Assembly: GCA_973895155.1 (NCBI GenBank)
Contig: OZ316897.1
Coordinates: forward strand, 14,941,375-15,005,374
Source: Marsupella aquatica
Taxonomy: Eukaryota; Plantae; Marchantiophyta
DNA: 64,000 nt
Direction of reading: 5' to 3'
Both the position numbers and the translations under genes were made by a program. A model generated the notes under the pieces. The model was not told the DNA's origin. It worked only from the letters and a program-made list of their open reading frames with translations, and ran no database searches. Shown here piece by piece: positions 23,599-36,686 of the stretch. Within the stretch, counting starts at the first letter, position 1. Every line of letters begins with the position of its first letter.

Positions 23599-24471
23599 AT
23601 GGAGCCTGGTAAACGTAGAAAGTGTGACCACCCAGCAGTGTTTACAGGGGTCAGAGCGATTTTGGTCCATGGCCAGCATGGGTTGACCAAAGTGCATTGG
23701 CCAACTGTACAGAAACGATTCTCTGAGCTCCATGGCACTGTAGTTCAGGACATCACTCCAGAGACTACACATGTTGTTGCAGGGACATGGCTATCAGTGA
23801 TAAAGAAGTGGTCATGGTCCTACATGAATTCTGCAATTACTAAGCAAGGCCTAAAAGTAGTTGAGGCCTCTTGGATCACAGATTCCATAGCACATAAGAT
23901 TGTACAGGATACTGAGCAATATGAGTTGTGGGAGGATGAAGAAGCTACTGCATCAGCTTGGGCTGAACAAGAAGTCTGGGAAGCAAAGGCACGGATTGCT
24001 GATCTCCAATATGGACCTGTACTCAACAAAGGACAGAGCTCTACAAGGCTGAAGAGTATGTTGGCTGAGGAGACGAAGCAACCAACCCCCATTCTGAAAG
24101 GGCTGAGCATGGTATTTGTGGAGGCGGGAATTGGAGAGGTTAAGTGCAAAGTGTACAAGTCCACAGTGCTTGACCTAGGTGGGACAGTGGAGGAGAATAT
24201 AACAGAGGACACCACTCATGTCATTACTAAGTCATATCCCAAAGCCTGCCGCAAGTTTGGGAAGGGAGACATTCGCTTTTATGTCATGTCCCATAATGTG
24301 TTTGTGGTTTCATATGCTTGGCTTGTGGAATCAGTAGCAGCAGGGAAGCGTCAAAACCCAATGGACTATGATCTTTTTGAGGCCTGGCCACGGAAGGGTC
24401 AGGATCCTTACAGAGAGGACTATGAGACAACAAGTGAGGAATGGGTCATTAGCGATTCTGAATCAGAGTGA
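23599..24471 (+). CDS. Intact tandem-BRCT protein; repeats resemble the DNA polymerase lambda BRCT
   Basis: Two repeats with F/L.G....V....G.........GG.V......TTHV....W..(D/E)S.......Y.L signature; basic KRRK at the N-terminus. Confidence 0.8.
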   Translation: MEPGKRRKCDHPAVFTGVRAILVHGQHGLTKVHWPTVQKRFSELHGTVVQDITPETTHVVAGTWLSVIKKWSWSYMNSAITKQGLKVVEASWITDSIAHKIVQDTEQYELWEDEEATASAWAEQEVWEAKARIADLQYGPVLNKGQSSTRLKSMLAEETKQPTPILKGLSMVFVEAGIGEVKCKVYKSTVLDLGGTVEENITEDTTHVITKSYPKACRKFGKGDIRFYVMSHNVFVVSYAWLVESVAAGKRQNPMDYDLFEAWPRKGQDPYREDYETTSEEWVISDSESE

Positions 24472-24904
24472 GGAGTAGTAGCATCAGTTTGGACACAAGT
24501 TTTTTTGTATAAATCAGATCATTGAAATAAATGTGATCTTTGAACTAATGTACCTTGTTATGGTTGGTGGCAGTTGGGCTTATTTTACTGTTGGCGGATT
24601 GTTGTTTCCTGCTGCCTGGGGGTGTCACTGTAAACGTACATGCAGAGGCGGTACATTTGAGGACAGCGGAGGAGGTGGTGACACCCTCCAACATTTAGGA
24701 ATTTTGTGTCATTCACTTGACAATAGGTACACTACTTGCGAACCTGTTTTTTTCTTTTGGGGTGGTTTAGGGTTTGTGAGAATTTAGTACACGTTATGTT
24801 AACTCTTTTGGCAAATACAGTCAGGGATATATGGAACACAAATACCACCATTAGGCATCCTTGTTCACTGCTGTCCATGACTGCAGAGCTCCCAGCCTGT
24901 TACA

Positions 24905-27900
24905 ATGCACCCTGGTCACCACCCTCCCCAGACCCAGCCCAGGGCACAGGCACTGCCTTTGCATCATCCCACAAGGATATCACGCCATGATAATAAGCTT
25001 TGGCAGCGTGAAAGGTTACGAACCAGACTTTCAGGAGCCAGTAGGATGAGATGTCCTTGTGCAATCTGCCAAGGATCCCGTACCAGGGGTCTGAATGAGG
25101 TTTGGCGGCATATCGCGGTTCATGGAAGAGATCCACGACATCGAGTTTGGAATGATCCTGCAGAGGAAGATTCTTCCGACGAGGAGTGGAGGTTAGAATT
25201 TGATGCTGCCAATGCTGCAAGACGGGCAAGTGAGGTTCTGCCTGGTGCATTTGAAAATGTTGTAGCTGGTCTCTGTGGGTTGTCAGCTCTCCAATGGGAT
25301 GGTGCTCAGGCAGCACCACGTGACGAAGGAATTCATGTGGAAGAGATGGTGAGAGACATCTTCCAAGACTTGGATGCATTTCATGATGGGCTGGACAATG
25401 AAGAGGATACGGCTGCAGATGCAAGTGTGCCCCCTGTCGAAGAGCCTCTTGATGAGTTTGAGATAGGGCAGGAAACCCCTGGGCATGATGGGATGTTTGG
25501 CTCTCCCCTGCAAATACAGGAAGGCAGGAAGTCTTTGTACCCCGGTAGCAAATGTTCTAAACTGGGATTTGTCATCATGTTCCTGAACATTTGCGGCAAC
25601 CACAATGTCCCCAACGTTTTGGTTTCTGAGTTGTTGGCATTCTTGCGAACAACTGTGCTACCAGATGGTAATATTTTGCCCAAGAACATGTACGAGGCAA
25701 AAAGATGCATATCTAATCTTGGATTGAACTATGATTCGATCCATGCCTGTCCTGATGGGCATGTTCTTTTCAGAAAGGAGTATAAAGAATCGTTGACATG
25801 CCCTAAGTGTGGGAAGCACAGGTATCGGAACTCAGGAAAGTCTATGGTTCCCGCCAAGGTACTTCGTCATTTTCCACTCATTCCCAGACTTCAGCGGATG
25901 TTCAGAAGCCGTGCCATCTCGGAGATGATGACTTGGGCAACTGACAAGAAAAGTGATGATGGGCTACAACGACATGCTGCAGATTCAAGGCAATGGAAAC
26001 TCATAGATGAGATGTATCCCGAATTTGCTGCTGAGCCGAGGAATGTCAGACTTGGGCTGTCATTGGATGGGGTAAACCCATTTGGAGACAAGAACAACAA
26101 ATTTTCGTGCTGGCCTGTAACTATTTTGAATTATAACCTTCCTCCTTGGATGACTACAAAGCGATTTTTTGTTCTGATGGTCCTACTGATACCAGGGCCA
26201 GACAGTGTTGTATCTGCCAACATAGAGGTGTTTCTGGCTCCCCTAGTGGAGGAATTGAGAAAGCTTTGGGAGGAAGGAGTTCTCACATATGATGTCCTAT
26301 AGAGGCTTGGGAGGTTAAACCCATTCATCCTTAGAGCCATTGTCATTCTGACTATAGCTGACTACCCAGCCCATGGGATGATATCAGGCCAAACAACAAA
26401 AGGATATTGTGCTTGTACTATCTGTGGGCGCAATGTCACCAGTGAGTACTCTAGAGCCCTGCAGAAAGTGATATACATGGGCCATCGTCGTTTTCTGAAG
26501 GCAAATCACCCTTACAGAGAAAGACAGGCACTGATTGCACACTTTGGCAATGAGATTGAGCAACGTGGACCCCCGGCACGAGTGACCAAAGAGGAGATCA
26601 GGCAGTGGGGAGCACTGAGGGATGACTATATCAAACGAGGGGGCAGGGAAGATGGAGTGAGTGATCCAATAAAGCGATATGGTGTAAAAAGACTGAGCAT
26701 ATTGGACTTGGAGCTCAAGTACTGGAGGGTAAGCCTCTTGGAGTTGATGTTAATTGGGATACATGTTTTGGTTCAGAGCATGTGCATTCATTTCGAAGAG
26801 AGAGACTAAACTTGAGGCATTTCCTGACGCTTTTGCATTGCAACGATGCAGGAGTTTGAGCCAAGCAAACATAACATTGATGTTATGCACATTGAAAAGA
26901 ATATTTGTGAGAGTCTACTCAGATTCTTGTGTGGAGAGAAAGACACTGGTTCAGTGAGATTGGATCTTGAACAGAGGGGAATGAAACCCCATCTTTGGTT
27001 GAGGCCACATGCCCACAGAGCTGATGTGCTCTTGAAGTACCAAGCGCCCTATGTTCTGACAGACACAGAGTGGGAACTATTTGTGCAGAGGTTGAGTTCT
27101 TTGAAGGTTCCTTCAAACTATGGCAGTGCTTTCAAGAAGCATATCATGACTAGAAAGCTTGGTAGTATGAAAAGCCATGACTACCATATGTTGATGCAAC
27201 AGGTGTTGCCTTTATGCCTGAGGGGCCTGTTGCAGAAGCCTGTTCGTACTGTGATCATGCGACTTAGTGATGTGTTTCGTCGTATTTGTGTGAAGGTTTG
27301 GGATGAAACACACTTCCCACAACTGACAGAAGATGTCGCTCAGGTGCTGTGTGACCTGGAGATTTATTTTCCTCCCGCATTTTTTGATGTCATGACCCAC
27401 CTACTTGTCCATGTTGTGGAAGAGGTACACCAATTTGGGCCTGTGAGTGCTCGTTGGTTGTACCCTTTGGAACGGTACATGAAGCTACTCAAAGGTCACG
27501 TGAGAACATATTACAAACCTGAAGCAAGCATGGCTAAAGGTTACATCAAGGATGAGACTCTGGGATTTCTGACCGAATACATAGCACAATATGAGCATGT
27601 GAAGACCAGGGTGTGGAATTTTGATGAGGAGGAAGGGGTGATAGGTGAAGTACTGGAAGGGGCTGCAACCACAAAGAACCTGACCATATCTATGAGAGAC
27701 TTGGCACATGACTTTGTATTGCACAACACTGTGGTGATGGAACCCTGGATACAGTGAGTGCATACATGTGCTATAATCCAGTTCATGAGCTTAAATGTTG
27801 TGTTCGTGTGGTTTTCTCCTTCAGCCTGTTCATGTTTACCCAAGCTAATGCTGTGTGGTTGTTCATTCAGGGAGTATGAGTCATTGAAGGCGGCCCATCC

Positions 27901-28636
27901 CACTGCAGGAACAACTTTTCCAGGTTTCATGGAGTGGATCAGAGTGGCAATTAGAGAGCATCACGAGACCCACCCAGACATGGATGCAGATGTTTACCTA
28001 CTGTCTAATGCCCCTAGCCTGAAAGTGAAGACTTACAAACGGATGAGAGCATATGGGAATCACTTCCGAGTGAAGGATGGTGACAGTGCCTACAGGGTGA
28101 CGAATGACTGCGGGCTCATCACTGTATTTGAGCAACAGAGCCACAATCACGACAGGGCCTGGATGGAGATGGGATATGTGGGAGAATTAGTTGACATATG
28201 GGCTCTGGACTATGGGGCGGTGTCCAGTCCTGTGATTCTTATGAAAGGTTCATGGGTGCGGCAGGATTGGCTTGGTAACAGGGCTACCATGAAGAGAGAC
28301 AACGACGGTTTCTTGCTGGCCAATTTCAGAGGGAAATTGCCCGAATGGTCTGAGCCATTTGTGTTTCCTAGTCAGGTGGAGCAAGCTTTCTTCCTGGATG
28401 TGGAAGACTCCCCAGGTTGGCGTGTAGTGTGTCATAAACAGGCCAGGCAACGTCGGATGGAAGGATCAAACCTTGAGTTTCATTTACACTCTCATAGTGC
28501 CTTTGATCGTCGGCGTTCAGACCAAGTGCCTGTAGTTCATGATAGCGGGGACTTCATTCCTATGACAAGGGTAGATGCATTTGCTGAAGGAGGCGAATTC
28601 AGAGATGCAGATGCCAACAGTGTGCCTGTGCCATGA
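24905..28636 (+). pseudogene. CACTA TnpD transposase, family A (introns ~26729-26851 and ~27755-27870; premature TAG at 26300)
   Basis: CPCAIC..HIAVHG, IHACPDG, KVLRHFPLIPRLQRMF, RNVRLGLSLDGVNPF, YNLPPW, DYPA, HNIDVMHIEKN, KSHDYH, FPPAFFDVMTHLLVH, WLYPLERYM, EPFVFPSQVEQ. Confidence 0.95.
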
Positions 28637-28792
28637 GTAATGTGAATTGTTTGCATGGACATTAGTGAGGGGAAGGATGTGTAATAAAGTAATTCTGAAG
28701 CAACACAGATGTATGGATGGATGCCTGGTGATTGTGGTTGCATTGTGTTATACGGGGTGACCATAGATGACATGTTTTTGTGGTCCAGTAGG

Positions 28793-31700
28793 ATGGAACA
28801 GAGTGACACAGAGATGTGTGAGTATGAAAGGAAAGCTATGGAACAACGAGCATACGTGAAAGCCAAAATCGCAGAACTGGATCTGGAAAAGGATGTGGCT
28901 GAATTGTAAGGGAACGATTCTCAACTACACCCCTCCGCTGAGTTTGTGTGACATGAATAGTTCAATGTGGCACTGAAATTGTGACTGTATTCTCATATTG
29001 GAATGTCGCAGAGCCACAGCATTTTCAAAGAAACAAAAGGAGTACGCAAGAAGGGTGACCAGCACTATCTCTGGGCCTGTGCGTCGGAGTGACAGGTTGA
29101 GCAAGAAGGTCGTACCTACAATGGCAGAATGTGGAGATGACATTGATGCTGCACAGGTGGGTGCAGACACTAGACAAGAAGATGCAGATGATGAGTATTT
29201 TCCAGAGGAAATGGATGAGGATGGGGGTTATGAAGATGAATACATTGCAGAGCAGCCCCAAAAGAAACATGTAAGTAGTTTTCCCAACAAGGTTTTGAGT
29301 TAAAAACTCTTGTTTAGAGGTTTCATATGTTCAGTACTACACATATGTACCTTGCTTAGTTCCTGACATTGTAGTTGGTGATGTGATGCAGCGTCCTGCC
29401 AGTTCTGTTTTGCCTTCGAAGCCTGTGCATGCACCATACCAGCAGGGGGGGCTGACCTCTGATCAAGGTTGGCGAGGTGGTAGTAGTGGTAGATCCCAGG
29501 CTGGTGCCCAATACTATGGCAGGGGGCAAGCTCTAGGTTATGCCCGTGGTAGAGGCAGAGCAGGTCCAAACCCACAATCTCGTGGGTATGGACGTCCACC
29601 TCAACCATGGGGATGTGAGTATATATCTATATGCCAGTTCTTTGTGAAGGCATGGCACTCCTGAATTTCAGACTGCATATCAATTTTTGACATTGTTTGG
29701 GATGTATTGGATTCAGACAACATGAAATTCTGTCCACCTGCCATTGCATGCAGATTCTGCCCAACCTGATTGGGCAAATGCTAGTAATGATCAGTTCCAA
29801 TGTCCACAAGGACAGACATGGGTTGAACCAGGTTGGGAGGATGGTGGTGGGTCGTGGAATGAACAAGGTTGGGAAGGTGGTGAAGGTAATTGGCAGGGAT
29901 ATCAAAATTCAGTACCTACAAACTCTGGAAGAGGAGCAGGTAATGTCTGATCTTGTCAGCAATGGAAGAACTCATTATATGTGGAGTCCATTCACGTGGG
30001 GGGGACTCTGCACATGTATAATGATAGAAAATGTATGTGTGCAGGTTGGACAGTCGAACCATCGACTCAAGTATTCACTAATGCCCCTATGCAGATGCAG
30101 CACGGAAGGGGGACAGGTATGTCGGTGAATGTTCAGTTGTTTTCCTACAGTTTGTACTTAGTTTTCAGTACATATGTTTGCACACACATACCTAGAAAGT
30201 GACATCATCCGGCCACTGTACTAGGCTGGACAGGTGGTCCAGGGTCGCAACAATTTCAGAGTGCAGTCCCTGCACAGGCATCTACAGGCAGAGCTACAGG
30301 TATGTATGTTTGAAGAATTTTTCTTGAAGTGAAGCATTGAATGTTGCCGTCATCCATTCTGCTATATGTAGTTCTCAAGCATGAATGGCATTGTATTTTC
30401 CCAGGTGGCTTCAGAACCCCAGGTAGGGTGAATGAAGGGGTGGCCAATACAACGCCCAGTACTACCGAGAGCAGTGCACGAGGGGAGGTGACAAAGAAAG
30501 GGAATGTAAAGTTGAATGAAAGACAATGGGTGGATGCTGAGTGTCCTCGCAAGAACCGATGGCATGCTGATTTGAAAGCTGAAGTATTGCGTTGGTTAGA
30601 TGTGAGTGTTATTAATTTTAAAAAACAACATCCAAAAGATTGGAAGACTGTATGTGAAAATGTTGCTGCCAAATGGAATTATGTGGGCAGTGATGATGGC
30701 GTGGACATAGGTTGCCTAGAGAGTACAGCAGGTAAAATTATCAAGCAAGAGAGGTGGAGAATGCATAAGGCTTGGAAGGAAGGTGGGGAGAAGCCAGATA
30801 TGCCTCCACCAGCCAGTTGTGATGATAAAGTGTGGGCAAGGTTAGTAGCTTATTTTGTAACAGATGCTTCAAAAAAGAAGAGTTCACAGATGACCGAGGC
30901 CAGGTTGAGTGTTCAGAACCCTAATCTGACAGGAAGGACCGGCACTGCACCGACAGCTAAACGTTTGGTAAGAATGAATGGCCTAGCTATGTAATTTATG
31001 CTACACTATGTACTATTTTTTAGTGTAAACCCATACATGTAAACTTTGTTTTTTAGTGTACGTTCCCTGAATATTGATCGATAACTTGTGTTTGCCATGC
31101 ATGTGTAGAAAGCCCAATTGGGGCAAAGCCCTTCAAAAGAAGAGTTGAGGGCTGAAATTGTGAACACCCGGGCTCAAGAGGGTGCATCTGAATCCTCCAA
31201 GCATGTAAGTTATATGAGTTCTGATTGGTAATTGAATGACCTGTGTTGAATTTCAGGTGTACACTGTATATAACATTGATTGTGCATATATTGCCCAACA
31301 TTTCATATGGAGTGATTGAACCTATACCCCTGTGTCATGTAGGGAGGTGGATCTTCACTTACAGAGATAAGTGGTCGTTTGAAGGCTGTCGAAACATGTC
31401 TTCCAGAGATCAATGAACGTTTGAATTCATTGACTGACTTGTTCCATGTGAACTTCAAGACATTAATGGAAGCTGTTGTGTCGGTGAGAGATAAAATTGA
31501 TTCCAATTCTGCAGGAGTTCCACCATCACCACTTGAGGTGGCAAAGTCGATGCACTCTTCTGGCATGCCAACGACATGTAGGCTTGAAGGTAAGGCCTTT
31601 ACAACTGTGTGGGATATGATTATTAAATGTATAGTTTGAATTGACATTGTTTGTTGAATGTGTTATTTTCAGTAACATATATTGTGGTTGTTGTGTCCAT

Positions 31701-32499
31701 AGAGAATAAGACAGGTGCTACAAAGAAGAAGTATGAGAACCTGGCAAATACTCGCTGTAATTTAGAGGCAACAAAGTTGCAGTCTGTACAAGCAACTTGT
31801 TTGACAGAGGGCAGTCAACCATGTTTGGATGAGGATGACATTGGCAAGGGAGTGGATGATATCAATGTTGGGGCAAATGAGGATATCAGCAAGCATGACA
31901 ATGATACCATTGAGCCAGATTCATGCTATGTAGATCTTGACTCCATTGCAGAGATAAATGATTTGCAGAATGTATCATTCTCAATGACAGGTGTGCCTCT
32001 TGTTGAGATAAATCCAACCAAAGAGTTAGTTGGTATGACACTCCCAGGTGATGAACCTGCTACTGTGACAGTCCTAACAGAGGAACCTACTGAGCCTAGC
32101 TTCACTACTGTGAAGAGAGGAAGCATGCGCACACGAAGCAAGTCTGCTGGTGGGAGCAGAGCCACGTCAAAGGTTTCATACAAACCTCCAAGAACAGTGC
32201 TGGCAGAAAGATCTAAGGTGGAAGTGGGGAAAGCACCTAATGCTGAGGGACAAAGTGGCTTGTTAGCTGTTGATGAGAGTGGAACACGAGTAGGATTTGC
32301 CAGAGTGCAGGTTGGTTCCACAACGTTCCATGGCAAGAGGATTCCCCCAGGTTATTCAGTAGTGTTAGTCACATTACTAGTGAAACCTAAAGCTGTCCTT
32401 CCCATTCCAAACACAAATGATGATCCTCCTCAAAAGACACTTGGAGATGCTGCAGGTTCTTTGGTATTATGGCCAAGCAAGTTCATAGAGGATCCATAA
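28793..32499 (+). CDS. Multi-exon TnpA-like second gene of CACTA family A, with a Gly/RGG/GW-rich middle region
   Basis: Plant-transposase-like segment (W..LV.YF....SKKKSSQMTEAR..VQNPNLTG) and C-terminal En/Spm motif (FHGKRIPPGYSVV.V......LP.P......TLGDA.GS.VLWP). Exon structure approximate. Confidence 0.7.
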
Positions 32500-33472
32500 C
32501 AATGTCATGCCATTATTTGTTTGTAGTGTGAGTCATGTTATGTAGATTTTAGATGTCAAGAAGCAGTACAAGAATCATGTCCTCTTGGAGATTCATAGTA
32601 TCATGCATGTGCTTTCAGTTATCTCATCCTACAGTCATCAATTATGAGTTCCTGTTTTGTCTAAATTACATTGATCACATTGTAAACTATTCCATTGGAA
32701 TTCAAATGATCTTCATTTTTTAGCAAGATTGTGATTGTGTTTAATTCTTATGAATGTTTTATGTAGGATCTGCTTATATGATGCTTTGTTTCATGTGGAT
32801 GTCATTCATGCTATGTTCATTTCTTGTATTCAATGTGTTATATTTCTAAAGTTAGAACATCAGGTTTCTATGTATTGTAATGTCGAGTGCTCTCTCTCCT
32901 TATGAACTGTCCCTCTGTGTTCATTAGTCATGGTTATAACTTGCATGTGAACCTTATTAGTTACAAACATGAGTATATAGAGTCCCAAATGGTTCTGTTG
33001 TGTGACGCGGGCCAGGGTCTCCATTGGTCTCTCCTGTGACACTAAATAGTCACACGCTAGTCGTTGTTGAATGCGGGTAAGTCATGTATGTGACTTACGA
33101 TGTGACTCGCTGAAGTCATATTGCAGTCACGTCGAAACAAGGCTAGACTCCACAATAAAGTCACAGATCAGTCACAAATGGGTATCAAGCAAGTTGCAAA
33201 GCCCAGTATCAATAGTGACTTCCATTTTTTGGTCTCAACTTTTGCAACTCCAAGGGTCACAGCGTGGGTCAAGTCACGTTGAGTCACAATGAAGTCACAT
33301 GAGCCAAAATGAGTCATATATTGCGGTCTCAGTTCACCTCGGATTCTTCTAGTGACCTAAAGTACAAGGCAGGCCGTAAGAAAGAAAGAAGAGGTATGCA
33401 GGGGGGCATTGCAGGTTTGGATAGCAATTGAAAGCAAGGAAACAGAAGCAGGGGAGGAGAGGGCCCACTCAC

Positions 33473-34485
33473 AAAGTGTGCTTTGAGGCCAGGAAGTCCA
33501 CCTTGGCCCATCTTGTGCGTGGTCTTGGGCCGTTTGGTGACTCGCTCAGCTGCAAGGATGAATTTCTGGGGTGGTGCCCCCACTTCATCCACAATGTGCT
33601 GCATGTGAGACACCTTCTCAGCCATTGCCTTAGCTCTCGGTCGGACTTCCCAGCCTTCTGTGCCTTGGCTTCCATCTCCTTCCAGAAGAGAAGGTTCTTG
33701 GCAGCTCTCATCTGCACCTCCACTTTGTAAAAGGCATTCCACACGTCCTCAGTGAATTGCATTGGCCTCCTCACGTTTCTGTACTCCTCCAAGTTTTCCA
33801 GGTAGGCCCTTACCTTCTTCCTATCATGGTACCGTGCTTGAGACATTGAATTGGAAATTCTATCTACAAGCCACTGTTCATCAATCTCTGCTCCATTTCG
33901 AAATGAATCTTTGATTTGACTCATTACTTTCCTCTGGTCTGCCTTGCTGAGTTTCCCCCACTCAACTCCTCGTGCAAAATTGGAGCGCACCATAAGCCTG
34001 ATAGTGCTCTTTTCCCCGGTGTAGGCCAGTTCAGTAGGAATGCCTTCGATCAAGGCAATCATAGGCAACTTTTTCCTCTCTTCCTCCTTCTTTCGCTGCT
34101 CCTCCCGCTGTGCTCTTATCTCATCTCGTTCCTCTCTCCTCCTCTTCTTTTCTAGGGCAGCAGGTGAGACTACTCCTGCCTTGGCCCTCTCCTCCTTCTT
34201 ACGCTTTTTCTCTCTTGCCTTCTGTTGAGCTGCACTCCTTTGCTCCTCCTCCCTTGCAATGTTCCCTACAGCTACTCCCGTTTGCAAGGCTTGCCCTAGG
34301 ATTGCACTCAAAGAAGCAATCCCTGTTGGTGTAGTCAAATCTAAGCGGCTCAACTGTGCTGCATTGAGGTGCTCAACCATCAAATCGGTCCATCGATTCC
34401 TCTCCTGCTCCCCATTGCCTTCATTCCCATTGCCACTATCACTCACCCCTGCCCCATCACCTCCATTTGCTCCACTGGAATCCAT
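33473..34485 (-). pseudogene. First exon of the TnpA-like/accessory gene of the outer CACTA-B copy (frameshifted, truncated by CACTA-A)
   Basis: Homologous to 43723-57329 (W.DL...HL.AAQL...SLSAILGQ.LQTG, basic coiled coil, PTELAY.G.KSTI, HK.GQGGLPGLK.HF|gtgagt). Confidence 0.75.
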
Positions 34486-35778
34486 AGCTAAGCCACCCCT
34501 TGAGCGCGCGCGAGCTCCCTTCTCCCTCCCTACGCTTGAAATTTGTCAAATGCCGCTGAGTACGCCGTGGCCGAGTGCTAAAGTACAAGCGGGAAAGACT
34601 TGCGAAGCAACCCATTTTGCAATTTGCGATCCTTCTCATTTCGCATGTAGTTTCTCAATTTTGTGAAACCATTGCGACGTGAAAGGTTTTGCAACACCTT
34701 TGCTCTCTTGCAGAAATGCTCTCGAGCTCTGTTTTTCTGAAGGTCGTGCGAAAGCATATGCTTCACAAAACTCAATTCTAATTTGTGATGGTATTTGCAA
34801 AGGAAGTGGCTTCGCAAGACATTGGCAACTCGTCCTGGGGGGAATGTTGGTTTCATTTGAAAGGGTTTTTTTGAAAGGTAAAGTGGACCCCTCTATACTC
34901 ACATTTGGAATGCTTTTTGGCCATGTTTTGGGTGTTAGATAATACTTGAAGGCGGGTTTGAAGGGTTAGGCAGATTTCAGGTTAATGGGTTATGTATGGT
35001 GTTGGTTTAGGCTAAGGTTTGGGTTTACATTAGTTTAGAAGAAATAATAAAGGTGTGGGATTTGGTTTACAAGAAATAAGTAAGGTTTGGGTTTAGGGTT
35101 TTAGGGTTTTTTAAATAGAAAGGTCTCTAGGGTTGAAGAAAGGTTTGGGTTTGTGTGTAAGTCAGATTTAGGTTTAATAGGTAGGATGCGGTTTGGGATT
35201 GAAGGTTTGGATAAGACAAAGCAAGGTTTCATGAGATTTATATTGCAGCCTTTTGGGTTTAAGAGAGGTTCATTGGGTTTATGAATCAAAAAGGGATTGG
35301 CATGGGTTTTACTAACAAAGGAGGGGAATATATGATAGCTTGCAGGGTGCGGCACTTTTTGATGATTTGATACTAATGCATATGCATTGTGAGAGCCCGG
35401 GCATCTGAAAGGTAAACATTGTATGATCGGCTCAAGTGTTCCTTTCATGTACTTAACACTTTTGGTTGCCACTATGTATAAAGGGGACATGTATATAGGG
35501 TTTTTTGTTCTTGTCTGGTCCAGATTATTGTGCTTACATATACATGGAATGCTTGCAGCTTTTCCCTCATACTTTCAGATTGGGTTCATTAATTATCTTA
35601 GAGCCACAAGACCTATTGGCACTGTTGAGCCCGGGTCTCATAAAGGTACATTTTTATTGCTATGGTCATTTTGGTTTGGGTTTCTTGTCATCATTATTTG
35701 GGAACTTTGATTTATATCATTTTGTGGTATGTTTTGGTCATAACATGCCCATTTTAATTATATCTTGTTACAGGGGAT

Positions 35779-36686
35779 ATGTCTTCATCTTCTAAAATCT
35801 CCACCACAGACTCGTCCTCCTCTGATGAAGATACACCACCTCCACCTCAACATCACACAACCACACCTCCTCCTCGCGGTCCACCCTGTCAACTTTGTGA
35901 ATGTTCCAGATGTGTGGGTCAGGTTTCCCAAAAATCTTACATATGTGCCCAACATATTGAGAGATATGGGCGTTGTGGACGTCATACGGCAGGGGCTTCT
36001 TCATCTCATATGGTAAGTGTTATGCCTTAGTTTTCCTACCCTATTCCCATTACTCAATGGTTGAAGGTTTTAAATTTCACACCTACTTTTGTTTGTTTTG
36101 GTTTCGGTGGAATAGGTATCCAATAGGCCTAGACCTGCGGCACAAGCACCCTATGTCCCATCACAAGGTGTTCTAGATGCTATAGGCAATGCATTCTCAC
36201 AAGCCTTGGGTCTAGCGGCAAGGCCCACCAGTCCTAGGGAAGTTGGGGTTGAGGCTATTGTCCCAAGAGGGAGAAAGCGTTCCAAGAGGCGGGCCCGAGG
36301 GGATACTGATTTGTACAAGGCAGTGGTTACGGGTAGGTGGGGTGATTGTGAGTTCACTGGCAGATGTGTCCCTATCATCAAGGACTGGGATCCTAAGACT
36401 CTTGGTTTGCCACAACAGCTTTCCTACGGTGAGGAGGTAGAGGTTTGGGGTAGACGTTGGGTTATCAAACCTTCCACACTTGGGGATAGACATGGCTAAT
36501 TATGGAGTTTTTTCCTATGAGGACATCATTGTGGACGCCGAGAGTGGTAGAGGTGGACGAGGCCGAGAGGGGCCTACTTTGTTTCCTTATGGTGGACCCA
36601 TCTACAAGAGAAGACATTGGAACATGATCCTTGCACAACACCCTGAGTGGAAGACTTATGCATTGGACATGGATACTTTTGATGGA
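35779..36686 (+). pseudogene. SET-domain gene of outer CACTA-B, 5' part (exon 1 35779-36012, exon 2 from ~36116)
   Basis: CECSRC..CAQHIERYG Zn motif in exon 1. Exon 2 reads RRWVIKPSTLGDRHG/YGVFS...LFPYGGPIYK...YALDMDTFDG and is then cut by the CACTA TIR. Confidence 0.85.

Larger units (their letters stand above)
15353..33354 (+). mobile_element. CACTA (En/Spm) DNA transposon family A, ~18 kb, with captured passenger genes
   Basis: Left TIR CACTAGAAGAAACCGAGCCATTCTGAGACC; right TIR (rev-comp) CACTAGAAGAATCCGAGGTGAACTGAGACC. GTCAC/GTGAC subterminal repeats. Internal TnpD and TnpA-like genes. Flanks TGT/ACC do not form a TSD. Confidence 0.88.

Noticed and set aside
34960-35310. Interstitial telomere or chromosome-fusion scar
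   Set aside because: The repeats are degenerate and occur at the equivalent position in both CACTA-B copies, so they are part of the element.
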